DNA of 32,000 nucleotides. Source: Promethearchaeia archaeon (GTDB taxonomy: Archaea; Asgardarchaeota; Lokiarchaeia; Sigyniarchaeales; SOKP01). This document shows, in pieces, positions 27,040-32,000 of the stretch (position 1 is its first letter; each line of letters starts with the position of its first letter). Under the pieces are notes generated by a model that made no database searches, was not told the origin of the DNA, and saw only the letters and a program-made list of their open reading frames with translations. Made by a program: the position numbers and the translations under genes. Location of the stretch: positions 30,001 to 62,000 of the forward strand of contig JAWOFX010000088.1 of the NCBI GenBank assembly GCA_046497275.1, read 5' to 3'.

Positions 27040-27367
27040 CTTAATATTAATTAAAGTATAAAATTGGTCGATTTAATAGATCGATTCCTCTTCTCAATAT
27101 TCTATTCTTTCTTTTAATTTAGTTTTGTATTTTTTTTATAAATTTTTACTAAATTTTCGCTCCCCCCATTCTTTTTATCAAATTTTATTTTCTAATTAAT
27201 AAAACACTCTAATTTCCAATAATAAGAAATCTTTGAAAACATGCAAAATGATGATATAAAAATTTGCGAATCTGCACAGAAAGAAAGCACCGACGATATT
27301 ATTTTAACATTAATAAGAGAATTAAAAATTCAATAGATATATTTTAGTAATTATAAAATAAGAATTA

Positions 27368-30300
27368 GTGATAATCATTACTCAACCCGTATCGAGTCCA
27401 ACCACACCTATAAATCCCGTTCAGAAATTTGAAGACTTTTATAGGTTTTATGAAGATTTCCCTGGAGAATATAAATATCAAGAACAAATTAAAAATATAG
27501 ATGCCAAGGGTGGAAATTCACTAGTATTTCTGTATGAAGATCTATTATCATATGATCCTAAATTGGCAGAGATGCTAAAAAAAGATCCAGAAAGACTCTT
27601 GGACGATGCCGTTGAAGCATTTAAAAACACTCTTAAGTTTCTATCTGGAGGAAAATTAAGTTATGAGGATTATTTTGTAAGAATATCCACTCTAGACGAA
27701 AAAAGCACATTAGGGGTACCTATAAGGGGACTTCGATCGAAACATATCGATCAGTTTGTCTGGTTGAAAGGAATAACAATTCGCAGCTCAACAATTAGAC
27801 CACGATTAACAAAGGCAACATTCGAATGTCTTGTGTGCGGTGCAACTTTCGTGGTTATTCAACTTACAACCAAAATTAAATGGCCAAATTTTTGTACAAA
27901 TAATAGATGTAAGGCAAAAGCAAAATCTGATTTTCGTTTGATTACAAAAAAGTCAGAATTTATTGACTGGCAAAGTATAACAATCCAAGAAGTTCCCGAG
28001 GATTTGCCCTCAGGAAGGATTCCACGCTCGGTCCAAGCTATTTTATCTCACGAATTAGTTGATTATGTTAAACCCGGTGACCGAGTAAAGGTTATGGGTA
28101 TTTTCAGATCTGTTTTAGCAACATCTATGAGAAGTAATAATTCTACCCTTTTTAAAACATTTATTGAGGTAAATTATATCGACCCTGAGGATAAAAGTGA
28201 AGAACAAATCGATATTTCTAAAGAGGAAAAAGAAGAAATTTTAAATATTGCGAAAGAACCTCGGATCCAGAAAAAGATTGCTAATTCTATAGCCCCAACT
28301 ATTTATGGTAGAGACGAATTAAAAATGGCTTGTGCTTTAAGTCTCTTTGGTGGAACGAAAAAAAAGAAACCTGATGGTGGTTATAAGCGTGGAGATATCC
28401 ATGTGCTTTTTGTAGGAGATCCTGGTACCGGGAAGAGTGAAATCCTAAAATCATCTGTGGATATATCACCTAGAGGGCTTTATACTTCAGGTAAAGGTTC
28501 CACAGCAGTAGGTTTAACTGCTGCCGTAATTAAAGATGCAGATACAGGACAAATGAATCTGGAAGCTGGAGCCATGGTTTTAGCAAATGGTGGAGTTGCG
28601 GCAATTGATGAGTTCGATAAGATGGATACCGCAGACAGATCGGCATTGCATGAGGGAATGGAACAACAATCGTATCATTATAGTACAGAAATTATAACCG
28701 CTGATGGAAATAGAATAATTATTGGAGAATTTATTGATAATTTAATGAAAAAGAAGAAGAAAGAAATAATTTCAGGAAATGATTGTGAAATCTTAGATTT
28801 TAAAGATTTAAAGCTTTATTCAACGGATTTTAATGAAATATTTAAAACTAAAGTTGATAGAATTAGTCGACATAAGGCTCCTGATACCTTTTATAAAATA
28901 AGGTTCACTAATGGACGTTCTATAACAGTTACTCCAGAACATCCTATATTTGTTTTTCGAGATGGGAAATTAAAATATATTAGAGCAGAAATGGCTAAAC
29001 CTAATGAGTTTATTCCTATACCAAAATGTCTTCCCAATTCAAGCAAAAGTATCCATTTAGATGAAAATAAATCTGCCCTTCATCCACATGCTAAGGAGAT
29101 TTCCTTCCCAGAATATTTAAATTCGAAATTAAGTAGGATATTAGGATATATTGTTTCTGAGGGTCATAGTTATAAAGGATCAGTAGTTGAGATCGGATTC
29201 TCGAATTCAGATGAGGTATTACTCAGAGAATTTAAAAATTTAATGGAAAATATATTTGAACTTAAACCCAAAATAAGTCATAGGAAAGATGGAACTACAA
29301 CATTGCGATATCTCTCTATAGAATTATATAAATGGATGAAAAATAATTTTCCAGAAGTCATGAATCTATCAATTAAAAAAAGAATACCATCAAAAATTTT
29401 GGGTGGTAGTAAAGAAGTCGCTAGAGAATTTTTAGCCAGTGCATTTAAAGGTGACGGAAGTGTTGAATCAACCTCTATATGTTATAGAACTTCCTCTAAA
29501 GGATTAAGTCATGATTATCAAGATTTACTTTTAAAATTAAATTTACAATCCAGAATAATATTAGATAAGTTTAATGATTCATATAAAGTTTATATAAGGG
29601 GACAATCGCTTATTCCGTTTTATGAAAAAATTGTAGAAGTCGATGATAAAAGATTGGAAAAGATCAAAGAATTAATCCAACCTAAAGTCGAAAAAACCCA
29701 TCATCATGATGTTCTTCCAACATCAATAGCTATAAAAATTATTGAACTTAAAAAAGAATTAGCCATCCCGTATGATGGTTATTATGATCGACATTTAAGA
29801 AGAAAACATGGAATAACCCGAAATGTTTTTCTTAAGGAAATGAATCAGATAAAAAGTAAGTTTAAGTTAATTAAAAAATGTCTGAAGAAAACCAATAATA
29901 TAACAGAAATAAGAAATACAACAAATTACTCTCAAGAAAAATTGGCAAAAATCTCTAATATTAAAAGAGGTAATATTGATTATTATGAAAGAGGAGGATA
30001 CATTAATCCTAAAAGAGAAATAATTCAATCAAAAATCTTGAATTCGTTAGAAGAAAAATTAAAAGAACTTGACCAAAAAATAAGTGATTTAATAAAACTA
30101 AGTGGATCTGATATCTTATGGGATCGCATTAAAGATATTAAAGTGATTCAAAATAGAAGTGAGAATTATACTCCTTGGGTATATGACATCACGGTTGAAC
30201 CAAATCATACTTTTATCAGCCAAGGAGTTATTTTACACAATACGGTCAGTATAGCAAAGGCTGGGATTGTCGCCACACTCAGAGCGGAGACTGCCATTAT

Positions 30301-31075
30301 TGCTGCAGCAAACCCTCATTCTGGAAGGTATGACCTCTATAAAACCCCAACTCAGAACATTAGATTGCCACCTTCTCTTCTATCGCGATTTGATCTGATA
30401 TATGTGGTAATTGACAGACCAAATACGGTTGATGATGCTCAAATGGCTGAATTTATTCTAAAGAATGCTATGAGAGAACCACCCAATCCATCAGATGATG
30501 AAGAGGGTACAGCAGTAATTCCCAGAGATCTATTAAAGAAATATATTAAATATGCTAAAAGAAATTGTCATCCATATCTAACTAAAGAAGCTAAAGAACA
30601 TATTAAGGAATTTTATTTAAAATTAAGAGGTGATTACGATAGTGAGGATGCAATTGTATCAATTTTAGCTCGAAATCTCGATGCCTTGGTCAGATTGAGT
30701 GAGGCTTATGCGAAAATGGCACTAAGGGAAGATGTTCTAAAAGAGGATGTTGATGCAGTTATTAAACTATTTGAAAGATATTTAACTGATACGGGATATG
30801 ATAAGACAACCGGTAAAATAGATATGGATAGAATCTTTGTTGGGGAGTCTAGAAGTAAACTTAATAAATTAGATAAATTGCTCCAAAGAATGAAAGAAAT
30901 TTTTGAAGAAAATAACTGGAAAATGCTTGATAAGAAAAATGTCATTCAAATCCTTGACTTAGAAGAGGGTTTAGACGAGGAATTTATTAAAAATGCTCTA
31001 ATAGAACTTGTGACTGAAGGAACATTATATGAACCACGTGTAGGATATATCCGGTTTACCAATAAAGAGCAGTAA
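27368..31075 (+). CDS. mcm: MCM replicative helicase containing one intein (about 711 aa after splicing)
   Basis: C4 zinc finger (CLVC...CTNNRC), QEVPE, Walker A GDPGTGKS, Walker B IDEFDKM, MEQQ|TVSIAKAG, arginine finger LLSRFD and a C-terminal winged helix. Confidence 0.97.
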   Translation: MIIITQPVSSPTTPINPVQKFEDFYRFYEDFPGEYKYQEQIKNIDAKGGNSLVFLYEDLLSYDPKLAEMLKKDPERLLDDAVEAFKNTLKFLSGGKLSYEDYFVRISTLDEKSTLGVPIRGLRSKHIDQFVWLKGITIRSSTIRPRLTKATFECLVCGATFVVIQLTTKIKWPNFCTNNRCKAKAKSDFRLITKKSEFIDWQSITIQEVPEDLPSGRIPRSVQAILSHELVDYVKPGDRVKVMGIFRSVLATSMRSNNSTLFKTFIEVNYIDPEDKSEEQIDISKEEKEEILNIAKEPRIQKKIANSIAPTIYGRDELKMACALSLFGGTKKKKPDGGYKRGDIHVLFVGDPGTGKSEILKSSVDISPRGLYTSGKGSTAVGLTAAVIKDADTGQMNLEAGAMVLANGGVAAIDEFDKMDTADRSALHEGMEQQSYHYSTEIITADGNRIIIGEFIDNLMKKKKKEIISGNDCEILDFKDLKLYSTDFNEIFKTKVDRISRHKAPDTFYKIRFTNGRSITVTPEHPIFVFRDGKLKYIRAEMAKPNEFIPIPKCLPNSSKSIHLDENKSALHPHAKEISFPEYLNSKLSRILGYIVSEGHSYKGSVVEIGFSNSDEVLLREFKNLMENIFELKPKISHRKDGTTTLRYLSIELYKWMKNNFPEVMNLSIKKRIPSKILGGSKEVAREFLASAFKGDGSVESTSICYRTSSKGLSHDYQDLLLKLNLQSRIILDKFNDSYKVYIRGQSLIPFYEKIVEVDDKRLEKIKELIQPKVEKTHHHDVLPTSIAIKIIELKKELAIPYDGYYDRHLRRKHGITRNVFLKEMNQIKSKFKLIKKCLKKTNNITEIRNTTNYSQEKLAKISNIKRGNIDYYERGGYINPKREIIQSKILNSLEEKLKELDQKISDLIKLSGSDILWDRIKDIKVIQNRSENYTPWVYDITVEPNHTFISQGVILHNTVSIAKAGIVATLRAETAIIAAANPHSGRYDLYKTPTQNIRLPPSLLSRFDLIYVVIDRPNTVDDAQMAEFILKNAMREPPNPSDDEEGTAVIPRDLLKKYIKYAKRNCHPYLTKEAKEHIKEFYLKLRGDYDSEDAIVSILARNLDALVRLSEAYAKMALREDVLKEDVDAVIKLFERYLTDTGYDKTTGKIDMDRIFVGESRSKLNKLDKLLQRMKEIFEENNWKMLDKKNVIQILDLEEGLDEEFIKNALIELVTEGTLYEPRVGYIRFTNKEQ
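28670..30241 (+). mobile_element. Intein (524 aa) with a LAGLIDADG homing endonuclease and an extra XRE-type HTH
   Basis: Interrupts the conserved MEQQ|TVSIAKAG. Starts SYHYSTEI (Ser1); block B ITVTPEH; LAGLIDADG-like LGYIVSEG and FLASAFKGDGS; block F VYDITVEPNHTF; ends ILHN, followed by Thr+1. Confidence 0.95.
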
Positions 31076-31181
31076 TCAACTTTTTTAATATTTTCATTCA
31101 TTTTAATTATGTTTCATAATAAGAATTAATAAAAATTAATAATCCTTTTAACTCACAATAAAGTAAAATCAACTCATCATT

Positions 31182-31760
31182 ATGTCATTGGTTATTGAAA
31201 ATTTAAAAGAAGCTCTAATTGGCGAAACTAAGGCACAAAGAAAATATGATCTGTATGCTGAAAAAGCACTGGAGGAAAATCGTCCAGAAATTGCACATCT
31301 TTTTAAAGCGGTTTCCTTTGCTGAAAACATTCACATTAAAAACCATAAACGAGCTCTTTCTCTTCTTGTAGACTCGGATGCAAATGTCCAAGACTTTCTC
31401 CAGATAGATGAAGAAGAATTAAAAAATAAGATTGGAGATACTTTTTCCAATTTAGAGGACGCGATTGAGGGAGAACTCTATGAGACAAAAAAAATGTATA
31501 AAAAGTTTGAAAAAAATGCAAATTCTTTAGGGAAAGAAGTTGCAGAACTTTCTTTTTCCTTAGCTCGTGATGCTGAAAAAATACATGCTGATCATTTCTC
31601 TTCTTATCTAAAAAACCTTGAGAAAGGACGAGAAATCAAGAAAAGAAAAATATATGTATGTGAGATTTGCGGGAATGTAGAATTTGAAGAGCCTCCAGAA
31701 ACTTGCCCAGTTTGTGATCATTCAAAGAATTTCTATAAAGAAATAGATGCTCCTTTTTAA
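31182..31760 (+). CDS. rbr: Rubrerythrin
   Basis: Di-iron ligands in GETKA, ENIH, GELYE and EKIH, plus a C-terminal rubredoxin CEIC...CPVC. Confidence 0.92.
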   Translation: MSLVIENLKEALIGETKAQRKYDLYAEKALEENRPEIAHLFKAVSFAENIHIKNHKRALSLLVDSDANVQDFLQIDEEELKNKIGDTFSNLEDAIEGELYETKKMYKKFEKNANSLGKEVAELSFSLARDAEKIHADHFSSYLKNLEKGREIKKRKIYVCEICGNVEFEEPPETCPVCDHSKNFYKEIDAPF

Positions 31761-31843
31761 TATGATTTTATTAATTAAAAGAATAATATAAGGGCTGTTC
31801 ATATCTTTTGTTACTATTTTATTTATGTAAATTACTCAGTGAG

Positions 31844-31899
31844 TTAAGGATTTATAATAAAAATAGTAAAATAGAGTTGATCTCAACTATAATCCTTAA
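31844..31899. repeat. Nested inverted repeat (possible bidirectional terminator or operator)
   Basis: TTAAGGATT (31844-31852) and AATCCTTAA (31891-31899) enclose AGTTGA-TC-TCAACT (31875-31888). Lies between convergent genes. Confidence 0.45.
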
Positions 31900-31937
31900 A
31901 ATAAAATATTATAAGAGAAAAAATTAGAAAAAAGAAT

Positions 31938-32000
31938 TTATACTCCAGAAGGCTCAAGCCATAAGCCTACGAAATAAGATATCACAAATGCTATGAACCC
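31938..32000 (-). CDS. Possible 3' end of a membrane-protein gene entering from the window edge
   Basis: The minus frame reads GFIAFVISYFVGLWLEPSGV-stop, which is hydrophobic. Only 21 codons are visible. Confidence 0.4.
   Translation of the reverse strand, partial: GFIAFVISYFVGLWLEPSGV

Noticed and set aside
27241-27336. 31-codon ORF MQNDDIKICESAQKESTDDIILTLIRELKIQ upstream of mcm
   Set aside because: No SD sequence, motif or other support. It cannot be distinguished from chance without conservation or Ribo-seq data.
27040-27367. Replication origin upstream of mcm (AT-rich tract, C6 run at about 27162-27167)
   Set aside because: No repeated ORB-like boxes and no cdc6/orc1 gene in the window. 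T-rich terminator plus promoter sequence is a sufficient explanation.
2281-31521. Many 60-160 aa antisense or alternative-frame ORFs in the track (e.g. 4455..4688, 15812..16300, 17162..17602, 19739..20128)
   Set aside because: They are shadows of well-supported genes. Their S/F/I-rich composition is the reverse complement of E/K-rich coding sequence.
1-32000. CRISPR array, IS/transposase, rRNA
   Set aside because: No regularly spaced direct repeats, transposase motifs or GC-rich structural RNA other than the tRNA were seen by eye.

Overview
AT-rich archaeal chromosomal DNA. Evidence for archaeal origin: Top6A/B, MCM, GINS23, archaeal-type ValRS, LysW-pathway genes and an intron-containing tRNA. 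An Asgard/Lokiarchaeia-like host is my inference from gene content and style; no search was run. Order in the window: valS (5' part), membrane-anchored MBL hydrolase, tRNA-Ala(CGC) with a 30-nt intron, orphan DpnA-like adenine methyltransferase, MoxR ATPase plus vWA partner, a free-standing GIY-YIG nuclease with about six tandem 48-49 aa HTH-like repeats, a large SWIM-finger protein, lysX/argX-lysZ-lysK, a B12 radical SAM enzyme, coaBC, a greatly enlarged top6B with top6A, an unknown ORF, pyrE, gins23, a 9-TM plus HEAT-solenoid protein, mcm with a 524-aa LAGLIDADG intein, and rubrerythrin. The most unusual items are the repeat-array GIY-YIG nuclease, the MoxR/vWA pair (Walker B D-to-N; AAA-lid-like N-terminus on the vWA protein), the roughly 1,140-aa Top6B, and the membrane-anchored HEAT solenoid between gins23 and mcm. 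No CRISPR array, IS element or rRNA was seen.
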